From an uncultured Pseudomonadota bacterium (GTDB lineage: Bacteria > Oederibacteriota > Muellerivitia > Muellerivitales > Muellerivitaceae): 64,000 bases of DNA. The notes beneath the pieces were generated by a model. It saw only the letters and a list, made by a program, of their open reading frames with translations, made no database searches and was not told the origin of the DNA. Made by a program: the position numbers and the translations under genes. The stretch covers positions 32,001 to 96,000 of the forward strand of contig CAVYRH010000005.1 in the NCBI GenBank assembly GCA_963770835.1, given 5' to 3'. This document shows, in pieces, positions 47,472 to 56,984 of the stretch (its first letter is position 1; the number at the start of each line of letters is the position of its first letter).

Positions 47472-47968
47472 TTTTTACTATTATTCCCCTTTGCAAAATT
47501 CAACGTCAACAAAAGTGGTTTTTATGATGAGGGATAAAAGGACTTTTGGTAAAAAATAGTTTTGCGTTTAAATAAACAAAGTGGGTTAAAGTTCCATTTG
47601 ATTCCTGTTTAAAACGATATTATGAATCCGTTTAAGAATATCCAATTAGATTGCTTGCTAGCTATTAAGATACACACGAAATTTACCGATATTTCTTTTT
47701 TTTATTGAGAAAGATGCTGTATGTTATTTATCGAATTAAAAAAAGTGGAAATTCTTAATGATTGGATTGTAGGAACGTTAACCGCTTCGATTAACTTTGG
47801 TGAATTTTGAAAATCCGAATGCACCAAATTTGCGGATTGTAAATGTGTTCTTCGAGCCAATTCTTAAACTAAGTTGGAAAATTTCGCCGTCGTTTAATGA
47901 GGGGTTTGGCTTCCGGTCTTGAGCTGTAAGGAAGGGAACCTTGTAACGACAAGTCGGGTTTGTGTGAT

Positions 47969-49624
47969 ATGGACCTCCAAAGGTTGTTGTTCGTATTTTT
48001 TATTTCGGCGTTGACATATCTCCTGACCACACCCATTGCTGTGCACTTCGCTTCCTGGTTCGGTTTGGTAGACCACCCAGGCGGCAGGAAAATCCACAGT
48101 GCCCCCATTCCCCGTATTGGGGGAATCGTATTTGTCCTTGCAATCGTGATAGCCATTGTCTTCGGGTTCTTGCTTTTTCCAATGGATTCTTTTTTCGGTC
48201 ATGAAAACCAGCGTGGCAAACTTTTGGCAATCCTCGTTGGAACGGTGTCGGCGGCCTTGTTGGGTCTGGCAGATGACCTCTTGGAATTAAGGCCCGCGTG
48301 GAAATTTGGGTTTCAAGCCCTTCTTTCGGGTTCTTTCGCGTTGCTGGGTTACCATTTCGATTTCCTCCATATTCCCGGTTTTCCACCCGTGTGGCTTTCC
48401 TTTTTCAGCGTACCCTTTACCGCTTTTTGGATTATGGCGCTGATGAACGGTTTCAATTTCATGGATGGAGTGGACGGACTAGCCGGAAGTGTATCTTGTG
48501 TGGTGTTTATGGGAATCGGAATGGCCGCCCGACTCCAGGGTGATTCAAGCCTCTATACTTTATCCGCCGCAGCCATTGGGGCCCTGGTGGTTTTCCTGGC
48601 CTACAACCGTCCTCCAGCCAGGATTTATCTTGGCGATACGGGAGCCAATGCTTTGGGTTTTGCCGCAGCGGCGGGATTGATTTCCCTGGGCCAGGGAGAA
48701 CCCCTTGTATGGGGTCCTCAAAACTTGAGTTTGCCCCATATGCCATTCCGATTCCAGGTCATTTTGGAAACTTTAATCGTGGGCTATCCTTTCCTGGAAG
48801 TCCTCCTTTCAACTATCCGCCGCGGAATCAAGAGGTTTTACTTTGGACGCTCCATGGAATGGTCCGAGAAGGAACATATCCACCACCGGCTCCTCAAACA
48901 AGGATGGGGGCCCATTCGTATCGCCGCCGTGGGAGCGGGCTTCAACCTGCTCCTGGCGGGTGCGGCCCTCTTGGCTATGTCCGGGGAGCGTGCCCTGGCG
49001 GTTTTCTGCGTCCTGCCGGTGGTCGTCATCCTGACCATTCTCATGCCCCGATTGGGCTTTTTCGAATTTATGGACACGGGCGCACTCGCTGTTAAAAGGC
49101 CTTATTACCTTATGGCCCATCGCTTCGTGGATATGCAAAAAGCGAAACTTCAACTTGTCTCGGACAGGGAGGAGCTCCTAGCCCTTGTCAGCCAAACCTG
49201 CGCCGAATTCGGGGTTCAAGGGTTTTGGATCAAAGCTGAGGCCGATGCCCTAGGAAAAGGTGGAATGGTTTATTACTGGGAGAGGCCCCATGACATCCAA
49301 CGAGAATACCTTCAATTTTTGAAAACCGAGATAACCGAGGGTAACTTTGAGATTTTCAAGGAGAGGGTGGCCTTGGAAGAAGATCAAATTGAGGCTTATT
49401 GGATTTTTGAGCCCAATACCGAGGAAAGCGAGTTGGATGTTGAATACCGAGTACTGGTTAGTGGTTTTATGAAGGACATCCTACGCCAGTTCAAGGAATT
49501 GGAACATCCGCGGACAGACCACCCACTGGTTGAAATCAACAATTTGGGGCACGCCAAGGTCAGGTCAAGCTTTTTGAAACGTCGCTACGGTATAAAAACG
49601 GGAAAATCCCCAGAAGCTAGTTGA
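47969..49624 (+). CDS. WecA/TagO-like (MraY family) undecaprenyl-phosphate sugar-1-phosphate transferase with C-terminal extension
   Basis: DHPGGRKIH..PIPRIGG, LGLADD, NGFNFMDGVDGLA, YLGDTGA, HIHHRL. Confidence 0.9.
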   Translation: MDLQRLLFVFFISALTYLLTTPIAVHFASWFGLVDHPGGRKIHSAPIPRIGGIVFVLAIVIAIVFGFLLFPMDSFFGHENQRGKLLAILVGTVSAALLGLADDLLELRPAWKFGFQALLSGSFALLGYHFDFLHIPGFPPVWLSFFSVPFTAFWIMALMNGFNFMDGVDGLAGSVSCVVFMGIGMAARLQGDSSLYTLSAAAIGALVVFLAYNRPPARIYLGDTGANALGFAAAAGLISLGQGEPLVWGPQNLSLPHMPFRFQVILETLIVGYPFLEVLLSTIRRGIKRFYFGRSMEWSEKEHIHHRLLKQGWGPIRIAAVGAGFNLLLAGAALLAMSGERALAVFCVLPVVVILTILMPRLGFFEFMDTGALAVKRPYYLMAHRFVDMQKAKLQLVSDREELLALVSQTCAEFGVQGFWIKAEADALGKGGMVYYWERPHDIQREYLQFLKTEITEGNFEIFKERVALEEDQIEAYWIFEPNTEESELDVEYRVLVSGFMKDILRQFKELEHPRTDHPLVEINNLGHAKVRSSFLKRRYGIKTGKSPEAS

Positions 49625-49861
49625 GTTGTGCCGATTTTCACAAAATCTTCCCAGAAGGCCATCTGCCGATAGACGTTGCCCAACCATTATTGCTGGGGGT
49701 AGAGATGTTCGCATTTGTGGGGAAGTGTCTGGCAAAAGGGGTGATATAATCCCTTTTTCCAGGAGAAGCCAAGAGCACTTGTTCTTTGTTGGGAGAACGT
49801 TGTCAATGGCTTCCAGCTGACATAGGATCGAAATTCATTTCTCATCAAGGAATCTTGGCGA

Positions 49862-50713
49862 ATGAAAATCAATTTGAATAAAGGATGGACTATCGACATG
49901 AGCCGCCCGGTGATTCGGCAACGCGGTAAAATCCTTCTGGCCTCATTTGTGACGGCCATCATAATTTTATCTTCATCTACTCCAGCCATTTCTGCTTCGA
50001 AGGGGAAAAAAAAGAAAGACTCCGTCAACGCCTCGGCCCCCGAAGCCACGGAACAGAATGTGGAGCCGCCCTCTTCCGATAAGTCTATTAACGCCTACCC
50101 CCCCCTCCTCATCGGGCCGGGGGATGAATTGGAAATCTACGTGGTCAATTTTTCCTCGGGCAATGGCTATACCACGGCCGCAAACGGGGAAGGTGGTGTG
50201 AAAAGCCAACTACCCACCGACTACATGGTGGACTCGGACGGTATGGTTCTTTTCCCGTTTCTGGGCAAGATCCAGCTTAAGGGCCTCGCCCAGATCAACG
50301 CCGCCGAACTCCTGCGGCTCAAGTTGAGGGAATTCATCAACAATCCACAGGTCACGGTTTTGGTGCGTTCCTCGAACTACTACAATATCTCCGTCCTGGG
50401 GGACGTGAGCCGGCCCGGCAAGTTTCTCGTTCGCGGCGAACCCACGGTTTTCTCCCTCCTGGCAGATGCGGGAGGGACCCTTCCGGACGCCAATTTGGGA
50501 GGGGCCGTCATCATCCACGGCGACACCTACAAGAAGGAAAGCATCAACCTGAACCACTACATGACCGACAAGGGCTCCCAGGACAAGCCGCCCATCCTCT
50601 ACCCCGGGGACATCCTCATGGTCCCCAAGAACGAAGCGCTCACTTCCAACGATTGGGCTATCATCGCCAGTATCGTCGCCAGCGGCGCCATTATCGCGAC
50701 CCAAATCCATTAA
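49862..50713 (+). CDS. Polysaccharide export protein (Wza-like, SLBB domain)
   Basis: IGPGDEL, VDSDGMVLFPFLG, NPQVTV, VLGDVSRPG, LYPGDILMVP. Confidence 0.88.
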   Translation: MKINLNKGWTIDMSRPVIRQRGKILLASFVTAIIILSSSTPAISASKGKKKKDSVNASAPEATEQNVEPPSSDKSINAYPPLLIGPGDELEIYVVNFSSGNGYTTAANGEGGVKSQLPTDYMVDSDGMVLFPFLGKIQLKGLAQINAAELLRLKLREFINNPQVTVLVRSSNYYNISVLGDVSRPGKFLVRGEPTVFSLLADAGGTLPDANLGGAVIIHGDTYKKESINLNHYMTDKGSQDKPPILYPGDILMVPKNEALTSNDWAIIASIVASGAIIATQIH

Positions 50714-50759
50714 GAGCCCGGAAACATTGGGTTTATTTATCTCGAATGAGAGGAACGAC

Positions 50760-52424
50760 ATGGCAAACCCACTGAAACCTGTTGAAGATCCGTTTTTGGA
50801 CATCCGTAAGCTCACCCAGGTTCTTTGGCGCCGGCGGGGAATTGTCCAAAGAGTGACGATAGTCTGCCTGTTGCTTTCCACCCTTTACGGCTTTCTGTGG
50901 CCCAAAACCTACCAGACTGTCACCACCGTCAAGGTCCCCGATTCTTCAGCCCAGGCCGGCGCTAACGCACTGCAACAGATGGCTTTTTTGCCCGTTTCCG
51001 GGGATCCAATTGAGACTTCCATGCAGATCGCCATGGCCGACAAAGTGGCGGCGGGGGTCATCCAAAAACTTAATCTTCTTTCCAATCCGGAGTTCAAGAA
51101 AATGGATGAGTCCAAGCTCATTTGGTATCTCCAACACCAGGTCAAGGTCGACAACGTCAAGCGTTCTAATTTGCTTTCGATCGCGGCGCGGGCCAAGTCC
51201 GCCCAACAATCCGCCGACCTGGCTAATGCCTGGGCCCAAAGCTTCATCGAGGTCAACCAGGACCTGAACCAGGAGAGCGAGGAAGCCCGCTATAAGTTCC
51301 TCCATGGTCAGTTGAATTCCATCAGGGAAAAATTGCAGGAAGACCAATCCAACAAGCAAAATTACATGAACCAATCCAACGAGGCCGAGGCGGACCAGAT
51401 GATCTACAAATCCCTCCTGGAACAGGAGCAGGAGAGCCGAATCAGATCCAACAACGAGAACACCGGCATCGTCGTGGTGGATCCGGCCACGGTTCCGGAC
51501 AAAGCGGTTTCGCCCAAGAAGAGTGTCTCGATCATTCTTGGGTTTTTGGTCGGCATTTTCCTAGGCGTCGTGGCGGCCTTTACCCGGGAACGAATGGAGG
51601 ACCGGATTTACGAGGAAGGGGACTTAACCCAGGCCGTAAGGGCTGACCTTTGGGCTTCGATCCCGTTCCTAAAAGACCAAGGTCAGGTGGCTCTCCTTTC
51701 CCAGTCCCGCAAGATAGATCCGGAGTACACTCAAAGCTTTAAGTCCATCAGGGCCCGTTTGTTGCTTGCTAGGCCCGAATCTGGTTCCTTGGCTCTGGGG
51801 ATACTTTCCTCCCGCCGGGCCGAGGGAAGGACCTTGATAGCGGCCCATCTAGGTTTGTGCCTCGCCCAAACGGGCAAGAAGGTTCTGTTGATCGACGCCG
51901 ACCTCGAAAATCCCGGGTTGGGAAAACTCTTCAGGGTGGAAACCGAGGGAGTTCCAGGGATTTCGGGTCTTTTGTCGGGCCAAGCCGGCCTAAAGGAAGC
52001 TGTCAAACCTTCCGGCGCCCCGAATCTCACGCTTTTACCCGCGCCGGCCGGTTCTACGGACTTGTCGGGAGTTTTGAGCCCCGCCGCGCTTAAAAAATGG
52101 GTCGGCGAAGCCAAGTCAAAATTCGATTTCCTCCTCTTTGACGGCGTACCTTTGTTGGTTTCTCCCGATGCGGCGGTTATATGCGCAGCACTCGACGGAG
52201 TCCTATTGACGGCCCGTTGGGGATTCACAGGCCATAAGGATATCCAGGAGACTGTCCGGCGGCTCCAAATCGCCCAGGTTCCATTATGGGGTACGCTCTT
52301 GAACGGTGTTGAAAAAGAACCGGGACCGCTTTGGGATCTTTGGATCTTCCCGGGCCGTAAAGCCGCCGAAACGGGGCATGGAGAATCGGCCAAGTCCAAA
52401 CCTGCCGATCTTCAAACTTCCTAG
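50760..52424 (+). CDS. Polysaccharide co-polymerase with BY-kinase-like domain (Wzc-like)
   Basis: Wzz N-terminal TM, VVDPATVP...SPKK second TM, KVLLIDAD; Walker A degenerate. Confidence 0.88.
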   Translation: MANPLKPVEDPFLDIRKLTQVLWRRRGIVQRVTIVCLLLSTLYGFLWPKTYQTVTTVKVPDSSAQAGANALQQMAFLPVSGDPIETSMQIAMADKVAAGVIQKLNLLSNPEFKKMDESKLIWYLQHQVKVDNVKRSNLLSIAARAKSAQQSADLANAWAQSFIEVNQDLNQESEEARYKFLHGQLNSIREKLQEDQSNKQNYMNQSNEAEADQMIYKSLLEQEQESRIRSNNENTGIVVVDPATVPDKAVSPKKSVSIILGFLVGIFLGVVAAFTRERMEDRIYEEGDLTQAVRADLWASIPFLKDQGQVALLSQSRKIDPEYTQSFKSIRARLLLARPESGSLALGILSSRRAEGRTLIAAHLGLCLAQTGKKVLLIDADLENPGLGKLFRVETEGVPGISGLLSGQAGLKEAVKPSGAPNLTLLPAPAGSTDLSGVLSPAALKKWVGEAKSKFDFLLFDGVPLLVSPDAAVICAALDGVLLTARWGFTGHKDIQETVRRLQIAQVPLWGTLLNGVEKEPGPLWDLWIFPGRKAAETGHGESAKSKPADLQTS

Positions 52425-52454
52425 ACAGCGCGAGGAAAGCGGACCCATTCCATC

Positions 52455-53765
52455 ATGTCGGATCCAACCTCTCTTTCCCTCAAAAGCCGCCTCTTCGAGA
52501 AATTCAGGGGTCGCCCACATCTTTTCAATAAGGCCGCCATCATGGTGGGTGCCCGGGCTTTGGGGCTCGTCTTCGCGGCCTTGGGTTCGGTTTGGGCCGC
52601 CCGGTGCCTCGGAACCCGAAACTTTGGGATCTCGGGTATGGTGCAAAGCTTGGCCCTTTTTTCAGGCGCCTTCCTGGCCGTTATTTATCCCCCAGTCCTG
52701 GTGCGCGATTACAAGAACCTGGCGAACGATGGGCAGAGGAACCGGTTGATCCAAGTCACCAATAGCTACCGGCTGGCGGTGGCAATCGTTTTTTGCTCCA
52801 TGGCTGCTGGGGTCCTGGCCTTCCGGTTGGAGCCGCCTTCCTTCCATTTCGCTGGGTGGTTCTTCCTTCCCATCCTTTTTCTGACCGCCCTCCAACCCAC
52901 CTGGATCTTCCAGGCGGCGGAGAAGCAACAGTTCCAATCCATGCTGGCGGTTTTACAACCGGCCCTGGTGGCCCTTTATTACGCCCTGGTAATCCGGCCG
53001 GGGATGTCGGCGGGATGGGACCTGCTCGGCATCACCTTGGTCACGGCCGCCGTGACCTTCGTCTACTGGAGGGCTGTTTTCAAGCTGACGCCCTTTCAAG
53101 GGCGTTTTTTCGTTTGGGACGGCTGGCGGGAAATATGGGAACTCATGGTGAAGTCCCGCTGGCTTTTCCTCTTCTTCCTGTGTACCTATGTCTACAACAA
53201 CCTGGACCAGCCCCTTTTGGGGTGGTTCTCCTCCCTGGAAGAATTAGGCAAATACCGCACGGCGGTGCGGGTAACCGACGCAGCTCAGGGTTTCCTCACC
53301 ATCCTGCCGAGCATCTTTTTCCCGAGGTTCATTGAGTGGCGTAAAAGGGGCGAGGAGTTTTTCTGGGGGCGGCAAACCAAGCTCCTTGCCGGAGGCGCGC
53401 TCTTGGGCGCAGCTACGGCGGCCCTAGGATTCCTGGTGATACCCCTGGCCTATACCCCCATTTTCACAGCCGTTTACGCCCAGGCCGCATTCCCATGCGC
53501 CATCCTGGTGTCGGCTAAGATCATGGATTGCCTGGGGCAGGTCTATTCCTTAGGTCTCATGACGGACCACGCCTATGACAAGAAGGTCCTGGCGGCGGGG
53601 ATTATCACCGCAGTCGTCTCCCTGGGGTCGAACCTCATCTTTATCCCCCGGTTCGGCATGACGACCGCAGCCTGCGTCAACCTCCTCTCCGAAACGCTGA
53701 TGCTGGCTCTTTGCTTCGGATTGTCCTGGCGGCGCATCGAACAAATCCGGCGAAAGAATGCATGA
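52455..53765 (+). CDS. Oligosaccharide flippase (Wzx-like)
   Basis: Polytopic membrane protein; ARCLGTRNFG, WIFQAAEK, ELGKY, LIFIPRFG. Confidence 0.85.
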   Translation: MSDPTSLSLKSRLFEKFRGRPHLFNKAAIMVGARALGLVFAALGSVWAARCLGTRNFGISGMVQSLALFSGAFLAVIYPPVLVRDYKNLANDGQRNRLIQVTNSYRLAVAIVFCSMAAGVLAFRLEPPSFHFAGWFFLPILFLTALQPTWIFQAAEKQQFQSMLAVLQPALVALYYALVIRPGMSAGWDLLGITLVTAAVTFVYWRAVFKLTPFQGRFFVWDGWREIWELMVKSRWLFLFFLCTYVYNNLDQPLLGWFSSLEELGKYRTAVRVTDAAQGFLTILPSIFFPRFIEWRKRGEEFFWGRQTKLLAGGALLGAATAALGFLVIPLAYTPIFTAVYAQAAFPCAILVSAKIMDCLGQVYSLGLMTDHAYDKKVLAAGIITAVVSLGSNLIFIPRFGMTTAACVNLLSETLMLALCFGLSWRRIEQIRRKNA

Positions 53766-54729
53766 ATTGAAAACAAGAAAATTTCCCCAAAAAAAGGCGC
53801 CTTTCTTTTCCGTTATCATCCCTGTCTACAACAAAAAGGACTATATCCGCCGGTCCGCCGGTTCGGTCCTGAAGCAGAGTTTTGGAGATTTTGAACTCAT
53901 CGTGGTGGACGACGGCTCCAAGGACGGGAGCTCCGCCGCCGTCCGGTCCCTCAAGGACAGGCGGATAAGCTTGATTGTCCAAAAAAATGCTGGAGTTTCG
54001 GCTGCCAGAAACCGGGGTGTTCAAGCCGCCCGGGGAAAATACATAGCTTTTCTGGACGCGGACGATGATTGGGACCCGGACTACCTGGCGGCCGTAAAAG
54101 GGTTGATTGACGAATTTCCGGGAGCGGGCCTTTATTGCACCAATTACCGGATCGACTTCGGCCATGAGCAGAAGGAAAACCCGGTCCGGCTTCCTCGGGG
54201 ATGGCGGGGGAGGCTGAAGGATTTTTACGAGCTGAGCTACCAGGGCCGCCCCCCCTTCTCCACCAACACAATCTGCATTCCCTCAGGCCTAGCCAAGTCC
54301 ATCCCTTTTCCCCCCGGCATTAAGGCGGGGGAGGACCTGCTGGTCTGGTTCAAGGCTTCCTTAGGGCGCGACATGGCTTATTGGAACAAGCCCCTTTCCA
54401 CCTATTACGTCGCCATAACCGACAATACCCATGCCACCTATTTCGGCTCCCAATACCACCTGGACTGGCTGGAAGTGGGGGAACAAGCGAGGAAAGAGGG
54501 CCTCCTTTCCGAGGCTGCTCGAAAATACGTGGTCTGGGCCACCTTGATCCAAATTCGAAAAATGATCGCCAACGGTTACCGGGTGCAAGCCCTGGCTAAA
54601 TGGTGGCATTGTCCCAAAAACTATTTTCCCCTTTACCAAGCCGTCCTCCTAGCGATGATGGTTCTCCCCGCCGGCGCTCCCAAGAAACTGCGGGGGCTTT
54701 TCAGTCGCCGCAAAAAAGAGAGGAATTAA
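53758..54729 (+). CDS. Glycosyltransferase family 2
   Basis: FSVIIPVYN, VVDDGSKD, GVSAARNRG, AFLDADD, GED. Confidence 0.93.
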   Translation: MHELKTRKFPQKKAPFFSVIIPVYNKKDYIRRSAGSVLKQSFGDFELIVVDDGSKDGSSAAVRSLKDRRISLIVQKNAGVSAARNRGVQAARGKYIAFLDADDDWDPDYLAAVKGLIDEFPGAGLYCTNYRIDFGHEQKENPVRLPRGWRGRLKDFYELSYQGRPPFSTNTICIPSGLAKSIPFPPGIKAGEDLLVWFKASLGRDMAYWNKPLSTYYVAITDNTHATYFGSQYHLDWLEVGEQARKEGLLSEAARKYVVWATLIQIRKMIANGYRVQALAKWWHCPKNYFPLYQAVLLAMMVLPAGAPKKLRGLFSRRKKERN

Positions 54730-54733
54730 CCCC

Positions 54734-55696
54734 ATGGCCAAGAAACCTTACTTCTTTTCCATTGTGCTTCCTTTCCGCCCGCCCAAGGACCGCTTCCACC
54801 GATCCCTGGATTCGGTTTTGGAGCAATCGGAAGGGGATTGGGAACTGATCGTGGTGGAGGAGGGGAAGGGCGGGAGCCTGAAGCTGCCAAAGGAAAAGCG
54901 AATCCGCCGAGTTCCCTCCTTGGGAAGCGGCCTTTCCACAGCCCGAAACACCGGGGTAGCGACAGCCCGGGGCAAATATGTAGCTTTCCTGGACAGCGGC
55001 GATGTCTGGGAACCGGGTTATCTTTCCACGCTCCGGAGCCTGATCCGCGATTTTCCAGGGGCCGGACTTTATGGCACCAACTACTGGATCAACGACGGAA
55101 AGGAAGAATGGGAGAATTCCCTGAGGCTCTCCCGGGGCTGGAGGGGCCGCAAGAGGTACTTCTTTGACTGGATGTATTACGGCCGGCCGCCCTTTTGCGC
55201 CAGTTCGGTGGCTCTTCCCTTAAGCATCGCCCGCCAAAACCCCTTTGTCACCGGCCTTAAGGCGGGGGAAGACATCCTGGTCTGGTTCCACGTGGCCTTG
55301 AAACACGAAACGGCTTACTTGAAGGAAGCTCTGGCGACCTATGACCTGGGCAAGCCGGAAGGGAAGGGCGTTTATTTCGGCCCCTTAAACCACTTCGACT
55401 GGCTTTCGTTGGGAAAGAGGCTGAAAAAAGCGGGTCGACTTTCCGCAGAAGCGGAGAAATTCACCGTTTGGGCGACCCTCATCCAGGTACGAAAGATGAT
55501 CGCCAACGGCTGGAGGGAGGAAGCCCTGACCCTCTTCAAGCGCTGCCCCAAAACCCGGTTCCCGATTTATACGGCCTATCTCATGGGCTTGGCCTATTTT
55601 CCACAATCCCTTTGGAAAATCCTGCAGCCCGGCGTAAAATCCGCGCGGTGGTTCTTGACCGGTGGGTTTTTTGGAAGCCGGAGCATCAAGGAATAG
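54734..55696 (+). CDS. Glycosyltransferase family 2 (paralog of the upstream gene, degenerate motifs)
   Basis: FSIVLP, GLSTARNTG, AFLDSGD, KAGEDILVWF. Confidence 0.85.
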   Translation: MAKKPYFFSIVLPFRPPKDRFHRSLDSVLEQSEGDWELIVVEEGKGGSLKLPKEKRIRRVPSLGSGLSTARNTGVATARGKYVAFLDSGDVWEPGYLSTLRSLIRDFPGAGLYGTNYWINDGKEEWENSLRLSRGWRGRKRYFFDWMYYGRPPFCASSVALPLSIARQNPFVTGLKAGEDILVWFHVALKHETAYLKEALATYDLGKPEGKGVYFGPLNHFDWLSLGKRLKKAGRLSAEAEKFTVWATLIQVRKMIANGWREEALTLFKRCPKTRFPIYTAYLMGLAYFPQSLWKILQPGVKSARWFLTGGFFGSRSIKE

Positions 55697-55700
55697 AAAA

Positions 55701-56984
55701 ATGGTTTCCGTAAAAAAATTGGGATCGGCCCTGATCCTGCTCCTGGGGTTCAACACCTTCCTGGACACCTTTTTTTCCTTCGAACGCGGGAACTTCACGG
55801 TGCGCTTGGCGCCCTACGCCTTCAAGAGCCTGCAGGTGGCCCTCATGCTGGCCATCGTCCTTTACTTCCTGGGCCAGAGAGTGCGACGCATCCAGATTGA
55901 CCCCCTGTTCTGGCTTCTACTCCTCCTCATCGGCGACATGACGGTTTCCATCTTCTACGCCGACGACGTGGTCAACCCCACGGACCTGGCCCGCATGATT
56001 TTTTGGGTCCTGGCTGGCCTGGCCGTCTATTTCCTGCGTCAAGCCGACTGCCTGGATGAGAAACTCCTGTACCGTATGGTGATCTTCAACTTTGCCTGGG
56101 TCTGCTTCCGAATATTGGCCTACAAAATGCTCCATATTTGGATCGGCGCCCAAGTCTTGGACGACGAGACTGGGGGGTTTGACAATGACGGGGTCATCAA
56201 CAACCTCGGATACAGCTTGGTCTGGCTGGTTCCGCTTTACCTTGCTTTTGAGTCCAAATACCGGTTCCCGGTGTTGCTTACGGTTTTCTTTTCAATGGTA
56301 GCCGCCTTCAAGCGGGGAGCGCTCATGGGCCTCATCCTGGGGTTCCTGGCCTATTACATCCTGAACCGGCGGGTGCCCAACCCGGACAAGGGCAGCTTGG
56401 TCCGCGATCTATTCCGGGCCTGTCTGGTCCTGGCCATGGCGGGCGGCGCCTTCCTTCTCTTCAAGGATCATATCCTGGCCCGCATGGACGATATCGGGGG
56501 GGACAAGTCCCTGGGATCGGGGCGTGGGATCTTCTACCAGATTGTGCTGGATCACTGGGAGGGCTTCATCGGGGTTAAGAAATTCATCGGCGCGGGGTTC
56601 TTCCAGGTCATGCCCATGCTGGGGCTTTACTACGAGAACGCTATCCCCGCCCACAGCGACTGGCTGGAAACCCTCTACGACCAGGGTATCCTGGGGGTCG
56701 GCCTGCTGGCCTTGATCCACCTCTGGCTGATTGTCCGCATCCTTCAGGCCGTTCGCAGCCGGGCTGCCTGGGGACCCCAATTCGCTTATTCTTATGCCAT
56801 CTTCTTCTTGGCCAGCGTCTACTCGATCACGCTTTATACCTTCGACACCACATGGTTCGGCATTTCGATCGGTTATTACCTGGGAACCGGCGTTTTGGAA
56901 AAGAGGCGGCTCGCGGAAACCGCCGGGGCCGAGGGTGAAGAAATCCCCCTGGCCGATCCTGGCCTTATTCCCCGGACTCCATGA
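55701..56984 (+). CDS. O-antigen ligase/polymerase family protein (Wzy-like)
   Basis: Multiple TMs; KRGA, GSGR, AHSDWLETLYDQGILG. Confidence 0.85.
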   Translation: MVSVKKLGSALILLLGFNTFLDTFFSFERGNFTVRLAPYAFKSLQVALMLAIVLYFLGQRVRRIQIDPLFWLLLLLIGDMTVSIFYADDVVNPTDLARMIFWVLAGLAVYFLRQADCLDEKLLYRMVIFNFAWVCFRILAYKMLHIWIGAQVLDDETGGFDNDGVINNLGYSLVWLVPLYLAFESKYRFPVLLTVFFSMVAAFKRGALMGLILGFLAYYILNRRVPNPDKGSLVRDLFRACLVLAMAGGAFLLFKDHILARMDDIGGDKSLGSGRGIFYQIVLDHWEGFIGVKKFIGAGFFQVMPMLGLYYENAIPAHSDWLETLYDQGILGVGLLALIHLWLIVRILQAVRSRAAWGPQFAYSYAIFFLASVYSITLYTFDTTWFGISIGYYLGTGVLEKRRLAETAGAEGEEIPLADPGLIPRTP

